Below are positions 1 through 9,064 of a stretch of 16,419 nt of DNA, piece by piece. Every line of letters begins with the position of its first letter. Position 1 is the first letter of the stretch. Below the pieces are notes generated by a model. The model was not told the origin of the DNA. It ran no database searches and was given only the letters and a program-made list of their open reading frames with translations. This stretch comes from an uncultured Deinococcales bacterium (lineage in GTDB: Bacteria; Deinococcota; Deinococci; Deinococcales; JAAFIG01), in assembly GCA_964247135.1 (NCBI GenBank), contig CAXTTL010000060.1, forward strand, positions 5,220-21,638. Direction: 5' to 3'. A program made the position numbers and the translations under genes.

Positions 1-39
1 GAAATCACTTCCAGGTTACGCAACGGTGAAAGTTTAGCG

Positions 40-48
40 TGATAAACT
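40..48 (+). promoter_or_regulatory. Extended -10 (TGnTAAACT), 6 nt before ptrB ATG; leaderless promoter
   Basis: TG a TAAACT ccaaaa ATG, with no Shine-Dalgarno. The same TANNNT-N6-start geometry recurs at 7 other genes in the window. Confidence 0.65.
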
Positions 49-54
49 CCAAAA

Positions 55-2106
55 ATGACCCCACCAATTGCCAAACGTCTTGATTTCGTGACCGAACTAC
101 ACGGCATTCGTCGCAATGATGAATACCACTGGTTGCGCGACAAAGAAAACCCTGAAGTGATCGAGTACCTCGAGGCAGAAAACGCGTACTTGAAGCTCAG
201 CATGACGCACCTCGAGGCTTTGGAGGAAACGCTCTACCAAGAAATGCGGGGTCGAATTCAAGAATCTGACCTTGAAGTGCCAGTTCAGGACGGGGCGTAT
301 TGGTATTACTCGAGAACCGAAGAGGGCAAACAGTACCGTGTCCATTGCCGAAAACCCGAGAATTTGGATGCGCCCGAAGAGGTATTGCTCGACCTGAACG
401 CGATAGAACAAGCCGAGCAACTCCGTTTCTTGCAATTGGGTATCTACAGTCACAGCCCAGATCACACCCTGCTGGCTTACGGCTTAAACACCGATGGCGG
501 CGAAAAATATACGATTTACATCAAACGTTTAAGTGACAACACGATCCTCGAGATTATCGAAAATGGTTATTACGGTTTTGCTTGGGCGAGCGACAACCAG
601 CATTACTTTTTCAATCGGGTCGATGCCGCCATGCGTCCGCATCAGGTGTACCGCCGCAAGCTCGGTGAGAGTCTCGAGACGCTGGTTTACGAAGAATCGG
701 ATGAGATGTTCTCGTTGGGCATCCAGCGTTCCAAGTCTGGCGCGTATTTGCAAATCGTAAGTTATGCCAAAATCACCACCGAATTTCAGATTTTACCCGC
801 CAACGAACCCTTGGGAACTTGGCAGGTTTTTGCGCCCAGGGTGCGTGCGGTGGAGTACAACTTAAGGCATTTGCCAACTCGAGGTTGGTTGGTCATCACC
901 AACGAAAACGCCGAAAACGGCAAATTGATGCTCGTGCCTGAAAGCAACACCACAGCCCAGAACGCGACTCGAGAAAACTGGACGGAGTGGTTAGCACACG
1001 ATCAAAATCGTTTGATCGAAGCGGTGTATCCCTTCGATCAACACCTGGTCATTTGGGGACGCGAAGCAGGATTCACGCAACTTTGGGTTCAATCTCTCGA
1101 GGATCAAAACCTGCGCCGAATTCCCATGCCAGACGCGGTGTACACAATTTACCCAGGCGATAACCCAATGATGGATTCCAACGTTTTTCGCTGCCAATAC
1201 ATCAGTTTGGTACAACCGCGCCAAGTCCTCGAGATCAACCTATCAAACCTCGAGCGTCGCGTTTTCAAAGAAGAACCCGTGCTGGGTGGTTTTGACAAAA
1301 CCCAGTACGTCACCGAACGACTCGAAGCCACCTCACACGACGGCACAATTATTCCCATCAGTTTGGTCTACAAAAAAGGGGCACTCGAGCGTGGGGCGAC
1401 GGGATTGTACCTGTACGGTTACGGCGCTTACGGTTTCAGCATGGACCCGTACTTCTCGAGCAACAACCTTTCGCTCTTGGATCGTGGAATGATTTTTGCG
1501 GTAGCTCACGTGCGCGGTGGGCAAGAACTCGGGCGGCATTGGTACGATCACGGCAAATGGCTCGAGAAGAAAAATTCGTTTCTGGACTTTATTGCCTGTG
1601 CCGAGCACTTGCAAAAGATCGGTTACACCAGCCCCGAAAAACTGGCGATCTCGGGCGGCAGCGCTGGCGGTTTGTTGGTCGGTGCAACCGTCACGATGCG
1701 TCCAGATTTGTGCCAAGTTGTGGTTGCCAGCGTGCCATTCGTCGATGTTTTGAACACCATGCTCGACTCGAGTTTGCCTTTGACCGTGGGCGAATACGAT
1801 GAATGGGGCAACCCAAACGAACTCGAGTATTACCAGTACATGGCGTCGTATGCGCCTTATGAAAACACAAAACTAGCCGCTTACCCACACATTTTTGCCA
1901 CCGCAGGTTTGAACGACCCCAGGGTTTCGTACCACGAACCCGCGAAATGGGTGGCGAAATTGCGGGTGCAAAACACGGGCGATAACAGCATTGTGTTGCG
2001 CACCAACATGGGCGCAGGGCATGGTGGCTCGAGCGGCAGGTTTGAGCGTTTGCGTGAAGTGGCGAACGAATTTGCGTTTGTGCTCGATAAACTTGGACTT
2101 GCTTAA
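55..2106 (+). CDS. ptrB: Oligopeptidase B (protease II), peptidase S9A family
   Basis: 683 aa. N-terminal HGIRRNDEYHWLR, LYGYGAYG, AHVRGG, nucleophile GGSAGG, GLNDPRV (Asp) and GAGHGG (His) complete the S9 catalytic triad. Confidence 0.95.
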   Translation: MTPPIAKRLDFVTELHGIRRNDEYHWLRDKENPEVIEYLEAENAYLKLSMTHLEALEETLYQEMRGRIQESDLEVPVQDGAYWYYSRTEEGKQYRVHCRKPENLDAPEEVLLDLNAIEQAEQLRFLQLGIYSHSPDHTLLAYGLNTDGGEKYTIYIKRLSDNTILEIIENGYYGFAWASDNQHYFFNRVDAAMRPHQVYRRKLGESLETLVYEESDEMFSLGIQRSKSGAYLQIVSYAKITTEFQILPANEPLGTWQVFAPRVRAVEYNLRHLPTRGWLVITNENAENGKLMLVPESNTTAQNATRENWTEWLAHDQNRLIEAVYPFDQHLVIWGREAGFTQLWVQSLEDQNLRRIPMPDAVYTIYPGDNPMMDSNVFRCQYISLVQPRQVLEINLSNLERRVFKEEPVLGGFDKTQYVTERLEATSHDGTIIPISLVYKKGALERGATGLYLYGYGAYGFSMDPYFSSNNLSLLDRGMIFAVAHVRGGQELGRHWYDHGKWLEKKNSFLDFIACAEHLQKIGYTSPEKLAISGGSAGGLLVGATVTMRPDLCQVVVASVPFVDVLNTMLDSSLPLTVGEYDEWGNPNELEYYQYMASYAPYENTKLAAYPHIFATAGLNDPRVSYHEPAKWVAKLRVQNTGDNSIVLRTNMGAGHGGSSGRFERLREVANEFAFVLDKLGLA

Positions 2107-2109
2107 AGT

Positions 2110-2141
2110 TTAAATCACATCTCGAATTGAAATCTTTTTCG
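2110..2141 (-). repeat. Second, displaced copy of the recG 3' end (direct repeat with 3438-3469); att-like
   Basis: 2111-2132 taaatcacatctcgaattgaaa matches 3439-3460 taaatcacatcccgaattgaaa at 21/22, and 27/31 when extended. The minus strand reads KISIRDVI*, against recG QVSIRDVI*. Confidence 0.85.
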
Positions 2142-2297
2142 ATTCGGGTTCTTTTTGTATTTGTACAATTTCGATTCGACATATTTCTCATTGCTTGCAC
2201 TTTGTATAGCTGACACGATAGAATTTCGTAATAGCTGTATCTCAGCTAATTTGGTCGTGACAGATTTTTAAATTTCGGTTGGTTGTTTGGAGACTCA

Positions 2298-3404
2298 ATG
2301 AGAAATAGTAAAAGCGTTTTCATTCCGTTACTGTTGGCTTTTTTCGCAATCTTTTCATGGGGTTATGGTCAAGCTGCTTCAAACGATAAACAGGCTTGGG
2401 TCAGTGTTGGGCAATTTAAATCGAGTGGAAATTTTGCGTCATGCCAAAGGTACGACCTGTCCAAACTAACCTCTACATTGCTGGTCGATCAATTAAAAGC
2501 CAGTGGTCGCTTTCGACTTTTCACCGATGAACGGATTGCAGAATTGCGCTTTGGTGGTGAAATCACATCTTGCAATATCTCAGTTTCACAAATTTTATTT
2601 GTTACAACTGTAAACATTAGCTTTTCGGTAAATATAACTGCGGTTGATATTGTTACTTCTGAGCAAATTATTAGTGAAACGGTAAAAGGTGAAACAAGTA
2701 ATTCAAACATTAGTCTTATTGGTAATTTTGTTAGCGATGCAGACTTCAAAAGTGCAATTGAAGGTGTTTTTAAAGAAAAAATTCCTCAACTTGTGAATGG
2801 AAAAGAGTTGTTGCCTTATATGACTCATATTTTGGGCGAGCGTCCAACGTTGCCAGCAACTACGACAAACCCAAACACTCAAACACCAAATCCAACACCT
2901 ATTGTTGCGCCTACGCCGCCGAATAATGCCGCTACTTCAACAAGTGTTACTTCGGCAATTGATGCAATGTTTAATGGATTAAAAAATATGGACTTTAATT
3001 CTTTTAATAACAGCTTAAGCGATAATTTATTAAATCTCTCGAGTATTGGAAACCTTTCTCAATATGCGACACCTGAGAATAAAAGCATTTCGAGTAAAAT
3101 TACTTATTTCGTTCAATCTGTTCAGGATTTCCAAAACGCCTATACAGTTGTAGACCTCCTCGTAATAATTCCGACAAGTGCGGGGGCTTCAACTACAAAA
3201 AACTACAAAATCGGTGTTATAGATACAGGCGGAAATTTATCTCAAGCCTTTCCCAATAGAAAAAATCAAGGTTTAAAAATTCTTTTCTTGGATAAAATCA
3301 ATCCATTGCGAGGAATACCTCAATTGCCAATCTTTAATAGCTCGAGTGAGGCTGTAGAACAACTCCTCAAAGATTTTAACGCTGCGCTTGGAATAAATTT
3401 GTAA
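2298..3404 (+). CDS. Secreted hypothetical protein: CsgG/HfaB-like N-terminal domain, Pro/Thr linker, unknown C-terminal domain
   Basis: ATG 2298 follows GGAGA (2289-2293), so it is preferred over the ORF-track start at 2283. Signal peptide ends near GQA-A. VSVGQF..LVDQLKASGRFRLF..GEITS..VNITAVDIVTSEQIISETVKG resembles the CsgG/TolB-N fold. Low-complexity linker PATTTNPNTQTPNPTPIVAPTPP. Confidence 0.7.
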   Translation: MRNSKSVFIPLLLAFFAIFSWGYGQAASNDKQAWVSVGQFKSSGNFASCQRYDLSKLTSTLLVDQLKASGRFRLFTDERIAELRFGGEITSCNISVSQILFVTTVNISFSVNITAVDIVTSEQIISETVKGETSNSNISLIGNFVSDADFKSAIEGVFKEKIPQLVNGKELLPYMTHILGERPTLPATTTNPNTQTPNPTPIVAPTPPNNAATSTSVTSAIDAMFNGLKNMDFNSFNNSLSDNLLNLSSIGNLSQYATPENKSISSKITYFVQSVQDFQNAYTVVDLLVIIPTSAGASTTKNYKIGVIDTGGNLSQAFPNRKNQGLKILFLDKINPLRGIPQLPIFNSSSEAVEQLLKDFNAALGINL

Positions 3405-3475
3405 AACCAAAAAACTCGAGTGAAACAGGTTCAACTTCTAAATCACATCCCGAATTGAAACCTGTTCCGCTCGAG
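3403..3475 (-). terminator. Long hairpin overlapping the recG stop, followed by a U-tract; probable intrinsic terminator
   Basis: Arms 3415-3434 (ctcgagtgaaacaggttcaa) and 3455-3475 (ttgaaacctgttccgctcgag) pair with 18 Watson-Crick pairs, 1 G-U, 1 mismatch and 1 bulge. The minus strand continues TTTTTTGGTTTT. Confidence 0.6.
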
Positions 3476-5780
3476 CTTGCAATTCCACCTTTAACAGCGC
3501 ATTCACGGGTTTCTCGAGCATTGGGTCTTGCTCGAGAATCTGTTTTGCCAAATTCCGGGCTTGTTCGATGATTTCGGTATCTCGAGTCAGATCACCCAGT
3601 TTTAAGTCGGGCATTCCGCTTTGTCGTGTGCCGCGCAGTTCGCCTGGTCCGCGAAGGCGCAAGTCGGCTTCGGCAATCTTAAAACCGTCGGTTGTGCCTT
3701 CAATCACTTTCAGGCGTTCTTTGGTTTTTTTGCTGTGATCGCCCGCAATCAAAACGCAATAACTTTGCTTGTCGCCTCGTCCGACCCGTCCGCGAAGTTG
3801 ATGCAGTTGCGACAACCCGAAGCGTTCGGCGTTTTCGATCACCATGATGCTGGCGTTGGGAACGTCCACACCGACTTCGATCACGGTGGTGCTGACGAGC
3901 AAATCAAATTCAGATGCGCGAAAACGGTTCATGATCGCGTCTTTTTCGCTGGGGTGCATTTTGCCGTGCAAAAGTTCCACTCGAGCGTCGGGCAGAATTT
4001 GTTTGAGGTCTTCACTCAGTTGCGTGGCTGCCAGAATCTCGGTCATTTTTTCGGATTCTTCGATGAGTGGCGCGACCACAAAAGCCTGCCGTCCCTCGAG
4101 AATCTGTTTCATCACAAAGCTGTACGCTTGACGGCGGTGCGTGTCCATTAAAAGTTTGGTTTGAATCGGCGTGCGACCTGGTGGCAGTTCGTCGATGGTC
4201 GTCAGCTCGAGGTCACCGTAAGCCGTCAGCGCGAGGCTGCGCGGGATGGGCGTGGCGCTCATCACAAGCACGTCAGGACGGTTTGCGAGGAGGGCGCGGC
4301 GTTGTTGCACCCCAAAGCGGTGCTCCTCGTCCACCACAGCCAAGCCAAGGCGTGCAAATTCGACGCCTTCCTGGATCAGTGCCGACGTGCCAACGATCAC
4401 ATCGACCTCGCCTTTTTTGATGCGCTCTCGAGCCTCCACGCGTTCTTTGCCGGTCATCGCGCCGATCAGCAACTCGACCCGAACCCCAAGCGGGTACAAG
4501 TATTTGGTGAGGCTCGAGAAATGTTGTCGCGCCAGAATTTCGGTGGGAGCCATCAACGCGCCTTGAAATCCATCTCGAGTCGCCAAGTACAGGGCGCTGG
4601 CAGCCACGGCGGTTTTGCCCGAACCGACATCACCTTGAATCAATCGCGCCATCTGTTTGGGTTCGCGCATGTCGGCGGCAATCTCGAGAATCGCGCGGCG
4701 TTGAGCGTTTGTGAATTTGAAAGGCAGCATCCGTTCAAACTCGAGCATGTGCTCATCCAAGGCGCGAAATTGTTTGCCCTCCAAACTGTTGCCGCCCTGC
4801 AACAGCATCCGAAGCTCGAGGAATAAGTATTCGTCAAATTTCAGGCGCTCGAGTGCCGTTTCCAAGTCCTCGAGTTCACTGGGATTGTGTGCTTCACGCA
4901 AGGCTTGGGGGTAAGGCATGATCTTGTACATGCCGCGTTGCTGGCTCGAGAGAAAATCTTGGGGTTCGGGTAATGCCTCGAAGGTTTGACGTGTAACCTT
5001 GCGAATGAACGCTTGCGAGATGCCTTCGGTGGTGTGATACACGCCAATGATTCGGTCAGTGCTGAAACTCTCGCCGCCCTCATCGTCATTTTCGAAATAC
5101 TCGACACCAAGCTCGAGCTTGCGCCCAAATCGTTTGGCTTTGCCCGTGATGATCAGGCGGTTGCCCTCTTTCAGTTGTCCTTCGACCCAAGGTTGATTAA
5201 ACCAAGTGGCTGACAGCACATTGCCGAATTCGTCACGCAAGTTCGCCTTCAAAATCAACATGCCTTTGCGCGGCGAATGACGGGTTTTGTCCGTCACCGC
5301 GCCGACCACCGTCACTCGAGCGCCGTCTTCTATCGTGTGAAACCCGGGCAGTCGGCGGCGGTCTTCGTAACGTCTGGGGTAATTGTGGAACATGTCCCGC
5401 AAGGTTTTGATGCCAAGTCGAGCCAGTTTTTTTGGCGCACTCGGCACAAGTGGCAACCTGGTGATTTCCGAATCTGGTGTGAACGTCGTGCGCTCGAGCC
5501 TGGGAAGCTCGGGTTTTCTGGCTTGCACGGGTTTGGCGTTCGAGGTTGGTTTTCGTTCCGCCTCGAGCAAATCCAGCGCGGTTCGTAAATTTTCTGCGCG
5601 TTCCTCAAGGCTCATGATGCCGTAACCGTCCAGCACTTCCCGAACCTTGGGGAACGGTTGCGCCACATTGTTTAAAAGCGCCTCGAGTCCTGCCGTGACC
5701 ACACGGTTCTGACAGCCCATCGCCAATTCTCGCTCGAGGGGTTTCATCAGTCGTTCGCGCAGTTCATCGCGGGTTGGCAC
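3438..5780 (-). CDS. recG: ATP-dependent DNA helicase RecG
   Basis: 780 aa. Wedge domain ([14 protein letters not shown]), [63 protein letters not shown] and RGPGE..GTRQSG. GTG start. Confidence 0.98.
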   Translation of the reverse strand: MPTRDELRERLMKPLERELAMGCQNRVVTAGLEALLNNVAQPFPKVREVLDGYGIMSLEERAENLRTALDLLEAERKPTSNAKPVQARKPELPRLERTTFTPDSEITRLPLVPSAPKKLARLGIKTLRDMFHNYPRRYEDRRRLPGFHTIEDGARVTVVGAVTDKTRHSPRKGMLILKANLRDEFGNVLSATWFNQPWVEGQLKEGNRLIITGKAKRFGRKLELGVEYFENDDEGGESFSTDRIIGVYHTTEGISQAFIRKVTRQTFEALPEPQDFLSSQQRGMYKIMPYPQALREAHNPSELEDLETALERLKFDEYLFLELRMLLQGGNSLEGKQFRALDEHMLEFERMLPFKFTNAQRRAILEIAADMREPKQMARLIQGDVGSGKTAVAASALYLATRDGFQGALMAPTEILARQHFSSLTKYLYPLGVRVELLIGAMTGKERVEARERIKKGEVDVIVGTSALIQEGVEFARLGLAVVDEEHRFGVQQRRALLANRPDVLVMSATPIPRSLALTAYGDLELTTIDELPPGRTPIQTKLLMDTHRRQAYSFVMKQILEGRQAFVVAPLIEESEKMTEILAATQLSEDLKQILPDARVELLHGKMHPSEKDAIMNRFRASEFDLLVSTTVIEVGVDVPNASIMVIENAERFGLSQLHQLRGRVGRGDKQSYCVLIAGDHSKKTKERLKVIEGTTDGFKIAEADLRLRGPGELRGTRQSGMPDLKLGDLTRDTEIIEQARNLAKQILEQDPMLEKPVNALLKVELQARAEQVSIRDVI

Positions 5781-5786
5781 GGTGAT

Positions 5787-5792
5787 AGTTTA
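5787..5792 (-). promoter_or_regulatory. -10 box TAAACT, 6 nt before recG GTG (leaderless)
   Basis: Minus strand reads TAAACT atcacc GTG. Confidence 0.65.
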
Positions 5793-5813
5793 CCCTGAAT
5801 CCAAAATGATTTC

Positions 5814-5839
5814 GTAGGGGTAAACCTTGTGTTCACCCT
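5814..5839 (+). repeat. GTAG-type REP-like palindrome
   Basis: GTAG-GGGTAAAC-CTTGT-GTTCACCC-T: a GTAG tetranucleotide followed by an imperfect palindrome with one mismatch, in intergenic DNA. Confidence 0.55.
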
Positions 5840-5885
5840 TTATGGCACAACGATTTTTTATGTTTTGCATCAAGAATCTCGAGCA

Positions 5886-6704
5886 TCACCCCGAACTCAA
5901 GTTGCGGAATGCCTGATCTTCTGGCGGTGGTTTCTCGAGCGCGATTTGCGTCTCAGAAGGTTTAAACCCAACACTTTCGTAAATCTTGGCGGCGTGATAC
6001 TCGGGGTCGGCACACATCACCAAGACTCGAGCGTCCAATGTCTCGAAGGCGTGTTTGGCGGCAGTGTGGACCAGTGTTCCACACAATCCACGGCGTTGAA
6101 ATTCTGGATGTGTTTCAACACTCTGAAACCTGCCCACACCATGCTCGAGAAACAATCCAAGGCTCGAGACCATTTTGCCGTCCAAAAACGCGCCCCACCA
6201 GTTGCCCAGTCCCGCTTCGTTCATGCGTTGGTACTCGAGCATTTTGCGTTTGATGAAGAGCTTGTAGCCTTCGGGTTCGTGGTCATCGTTGCATTCGATC
6301 CGCAGTTGAACGGTTTGCGCCCAATCTTCTGGCGTTACAATCGGGCGGTATTCAGCCTCGAGATTCACTTTGGGCGGAGCGTGAACTTCGGTGGCGGTCA
6401 TGACAACAGTTTGGTCGAGTGTAAAGCCAAGTTTTTCAAAATCTCGAGCTGCGCCCATTTCGCCATTGACGCCATCGATGCCAAAAACCTGATGTTTAGA
6501 ATCTGGAAACTCGAGTTTGGAAATCTCCATCCAGCGCGTGATATCGGACGCTTTGGGCGGCTTGGGGAACAGGACATAATTTCCGTACCAAAACGTCGGA
6601 TTGCTGGGCGTGCGAATCACGGTGTACTCGCCGCGATCAATGACTTCACCCGAAAACCTCGAGAAAATCAGATCGGTTTGAAATCCCAAAGATTGAATTT
6701 GCAT
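5886..6704 (-). CDS. GNAT family N-acetyltransferase
   Basis: 272 aa. C-terminal VETHPEFQRRGLC (acetyl-CoA motif A) and AAKIYESVGF (motif B). Confidence 0.88.
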   Translation of the reverse strand: MQIQSLGFQTDLIFSRFSGEVIDRGEYTVIRTPSNPTFWYGNYVLFPKPPKASDITRWMEISKLEFPDSKHQVFGIDGVNGEMGAARDFEKLGFTLDQTVVMTATEVHAPPKVNLEAEYRPIVTPEDWAQTVQLRIECNDDHEPEGYKLFIKRKMLEYQRMNEAGLGNWWGAFLDGKMVSSLGLFLEHGVGRFQSVETHPEFQRRGLCGTLVHTAAKHAFETLDARVLVMCADPEYHAAKIYESVGFKPSETQIALEKPPPEDQAFRNLSSG

Positions 6705-6716
6705 ACCTCGAGTTTA
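6705..6716 (-). promoter_or_regulatory. Leaderless -10 TAAACT overlapping CTCGAG (GNAT gene)
   Basis: Minus strand reads TAAACT cgaggt ATG. Confidence 0.65.
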
Positions 6717-6752
6717 CAAACTTTGAAGCTCGAGTGTCACACGCCAAAGTGC

Positions 6753-7271
6753 TTATTGAATTGGGCTGAGCGTGGTTTCACGCAGTTGCACCAGACTCGA
6801 GTACCTTGTAATGGTATCGGTGCTTTGGGTTAGCTCGAGCTTGCCTGTAATCCTGATTTTTTCGCCTGTGGTCGGCAGTTTTTGACCGTTTGCCAAGTAC
6901 ACGAATACGCTGTCGGTCGAGACTGGCACGGCTTCAGTGTCCGCGTTCGGAAAAATCACGGTGATCGAACTCGGGTAATCCGCACTTTCATCGCACGGCG
7001 AGCAGACGGTTTTGCGTGTTCTGGTCAGTACAAAACGGTCTGGAATGTTCGGGTCGCTGGCTGCGAAACCCGTCAGTGTGACCAAATTTCCTCGCAACCC
7101 GAGCGTCTGTTTCGCATACACCGCGCCCCGTTCGTTGATGCTCGAGAACAGTTTTGGAATCTCGAGTTTGACGGCAGGTTTTTCTGGTTTTGAGAATGCG
7201 AAAGTGCTGATTGCTGCAATAATCGCGGCAATCAGCACCAGGGCGAAGATGTTATTTACTTTGGTTGGCAT
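6753..7271 (-). CDS. Membrane-anchored or exported hypothetical protein with CxxC; OB-fold-like (DUF3299/DUF1980-like)
   Basis: N-terminal hydrophobic segment, VTLTGF..FVLTR..CSPC and [12 protein letters not shown]. Overlaps the phosphatase 3' end by 20 bp, suggesting an operon. Family call is from pattern resemblance only. Confidence 0.65.
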   Translation of the reverse strand: MPTKVNNIFALVLIAAIIAAISTFAFSKPEKPAVKLEIPKLFSSINERGAVYAKQTLGLRGNLVTLTGFAASDPNIPDRFVLTRTRKTVCSPCDESADYPSSITVIFPNADTEAVPVSTDSVFVYLANGQKLPTTGEKIRITGKLELTQSTDTITRYSSLVQLRETTLSPIQ

Positions 7272-9054
7272 TTAAGCCCATCGCTTGCGCAATTGTGAAG
7301 AAAATATCGGTTTGGTCCATGCTGCCTTGGAAGAGTTTTGCGCCAGGTCCAAAGGCGAACAGCGGCACTGGGTCGGCGGTGTGAACGCCCTGCGATTGGT
7401 CTTTGGGGAGGTTGCCGATGCGTTGGAACGCGCCTGGTTCGGAGCAGACCTTGGGGTTCGGGATAAAGCCGCCCTTGCCGTCAGAAATCGTCGGTGCTTG
7501 ATAGATTTCGCGCCCGACATAGGTTTCGCAGTAATCGGGGTGAGCGCCAAAACCGACCGCCAACCCTCGAGCCGCCACGGGCAGTGGAATGCCGTTTTGA
7601 TCCAGTTTTTCGTAGTAATTCGGGAAGCCCGCTTTTTCGTAGACCTGTGCCGCATCGCGGTTGCCAGGACCTTTGCTGGTGTCGTAGCCACCAAAGACCG
7701 TGAGGCTGTGACCGTGGTCGGCGGTCACGATAATCAGGGTGTCGTCGCGTTTGGCAGCCCATTCTTTTGCCAGTTTCACGGTCTTGTCAAGCTCGAGCAC
7801 GTCGAACATGGCGCGTGTCCAGTCGAGTGGGTGCAGGTACTTGTCCACCATGCCCGCCTCGACCATCAAGAAAAACCCTTTGTCGTTTTTCTCCAAGCTC
7901 GAGATGGCAGAATTGGTCATGTCCCACAGGTACGGCAGGTCGGTGAAATTGCCGAGCATTTCGGGGCGTTTCCAGGTGGCACGGTCCAAATAGCTTGGGA
8001 AGTTATCGAGGTGGAACAAGCCGAACAACTTGTCTGGAGCGCCAGCTTTCAACAAATCTGTGCGGTTGTTGACAAACGTATAACCCTGTTTTTGCGATTC
8101 GGTAATCCAGTCGGTCGCATCTTTGCGCCTCGAGCCGCCAGCGGTGCTCGGAATAAAGTCTTCCGACCCGCCGAACATCAGCACGTCCGGTTTGACATTG
8201 CCCTTAAAGTATTGATCGGCAATCGAACTGTAATCGCCGCGCCTGCGGGTGTGCGTAGCGAAGGCAGCGGGGGTCGCGTCCGTACCAAAAACATTGCTGA
8301 CGATGCCGACGCTCGCGCCTCGGGTGCGCTTCAAGATTTCAGTAATGATCTCGGCTCGAGGGTTGTCGAGCGTGTCTGGGGAGTTGTCGCGGTAAACATT
8401 CAGCGCGTTGACTTCTGCTTTTTGACCTGTCGCGATGCTGGTGGCGCTGTTGGCGCTGTCCACAATGTAGGAGTCAAAACTGCTGGTCGAAATGCTCGCC
8501 ATGCCGTCTGCGCCCGATTCCATCTCGAGCTTGCCGCGCGGCATTCCGTTGGCTGGGTTGTAACCCTTGGCGATCACCTGGGCGCCGTGCATGGTGTTCC
8601 AACTCATGCCGTCGGCAATAAACAAGATCACGTTCTTGGCGGGTTTGAGTGGACGGGTGGTGACGACGCCAGTCCAGTTGATTTTTTTGGTGACTTCGCC
8701 CTTGGCGTCAGTAAGTTTGACAAGCACTTCGTTCGCGCCGCCCCGCGCCGAAATATTGCGCAGCGTCCATTCCGCTTGACCGGCGCCCTGCGAGGTTTGC
8801 ACAAAATCGGTCAACACTTTTCCGTTCAAAGTGATGGTGTAATTCTTCAAATCCTCGAGCTTTGAGGCTTCGACCCGCAAATCCACGTGTTGCCCCGCCA
8901 ACAGCTTCGCGCCGTCGTAAGGGTAAACGTTGATGTCCGCTTCACTCGGGGCGCCGAGTGCCGAAACCACGGTGGCAGCGATGGGCAGCAGCACCAGTGG
9001 ATACCAATTCTTGAAGTTGGTTTTCACATGGTTAGTCTGGAACGGTTTTGTCAA
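7252..9054 (-). CDS. phoA: Alkaline phosphatase (PhoA family) with extra N-terminal beta-rich domain
   Basis: [18 protein letters not shown] (catalytic Ser), [32 protein letters not shown] and GVHTADPV, plus a signal peptide. Start is uncertain: TTG 9054 or GTG 9027. Confidence 0.92.
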   Translation of the reverse strand: MTKPFQTNHVKTNFKNWYPLVLLPIAATVVSALGAPSEADINVYPYDGAKLLAGQHVDLRVEASKLEDLKNYTITLNGKVLTDFVQTSQGAGQAEWTLRNISARGGANEVLVKLTDAKGEVTKKINWTGVVTTRPLKPAKNVILFIADGMSWNTMHGAQVIAKGYNPANGMPRGKLEMESGADGMASISTSSFDSYIVDSANSATSIATGQKAEVNALNVYRDNSPDTLDNPRAEIITEILKRTRGASVGIVSNVFGTDATPAAFATHTRRRGDYSSIADQYFKGNVKPDVLMFGGSEDFIPSTAGGSRRKDATDWITESQKQGYTFVNNRTDLLKAGAPDKLFGLFHLDNFPSYLDRATWKRPEMLGNFTDLPYLWDMTNSAISSLEKNDKGFFLMVEAGMVDKYLHPLDWTRAMFDVLELDKTVKLAKEWAAKRDDTLIIVTADHGHSLTVFGGYDTSKGPGNRDAAQVYEKAGFPNYYEKLDQNGIPLPVAARGLAVGFGAHPDYCETYVGREIYQAPTISDGKGGFIPNPKVCSEPGAFQRIGNLPKDQSQGVHTADPVPLFAFGPGAKLFQGSMDQTDIFFTIAQAMGLNANQSK

Positions 9055-9064
9055 CGCTTTGTCA
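9047..9064. promoter_or_regulatory. Pho-box-like direct repeat (TTTGTCA-N4-TTTGTCA, 11-bp period)
   Basis: TTTGTCA at 9047-9053 and 9058-9064, at the 5' end of phoA. Confidence 0.45.

Larger units (their letters stand above)
2110..3469. mobile_element. Putative 1.3-kb single-gene genomic islet integrated at the recG 3' end; no integrase visible
   Basis: Bounded by the recG-tail direct repeat. Visibly AT-rich (about 35% GC by eye), CTCGAG-poor, and its gene has a Shine-Dalgarno, unlike the leaderless neighbours. Confidence 0.6.

Noticed and set aside
2110-2190. Extended recG pseudogene
   Set aside because: Similarity ends after about 10 codons and the frame hits a stop at 2188-2190; treated as a short direct repeat.
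2206-2263. Short inverted repeats (tagctg/cagcta, ctgacacga/tcgtgacag) upstream of the islet gene
   Set aside because: Too short and imperfect to separate from chance in AT-rich DNA.
3415-3475. Integron attC site
   Set aside because: No RYYYAAC...GTTRRRY ends, no intI, and no cassette array.
5829-6833. 334-aa ORF antisense to the GNAT gene
   Set aside because: Antisense shadow ORF with no recognisable family.
7285-8865. 526-aa ORF antisense to phoA
   Set aside because: Shadow frame of a well-supported gene; no motifs and no start signal.
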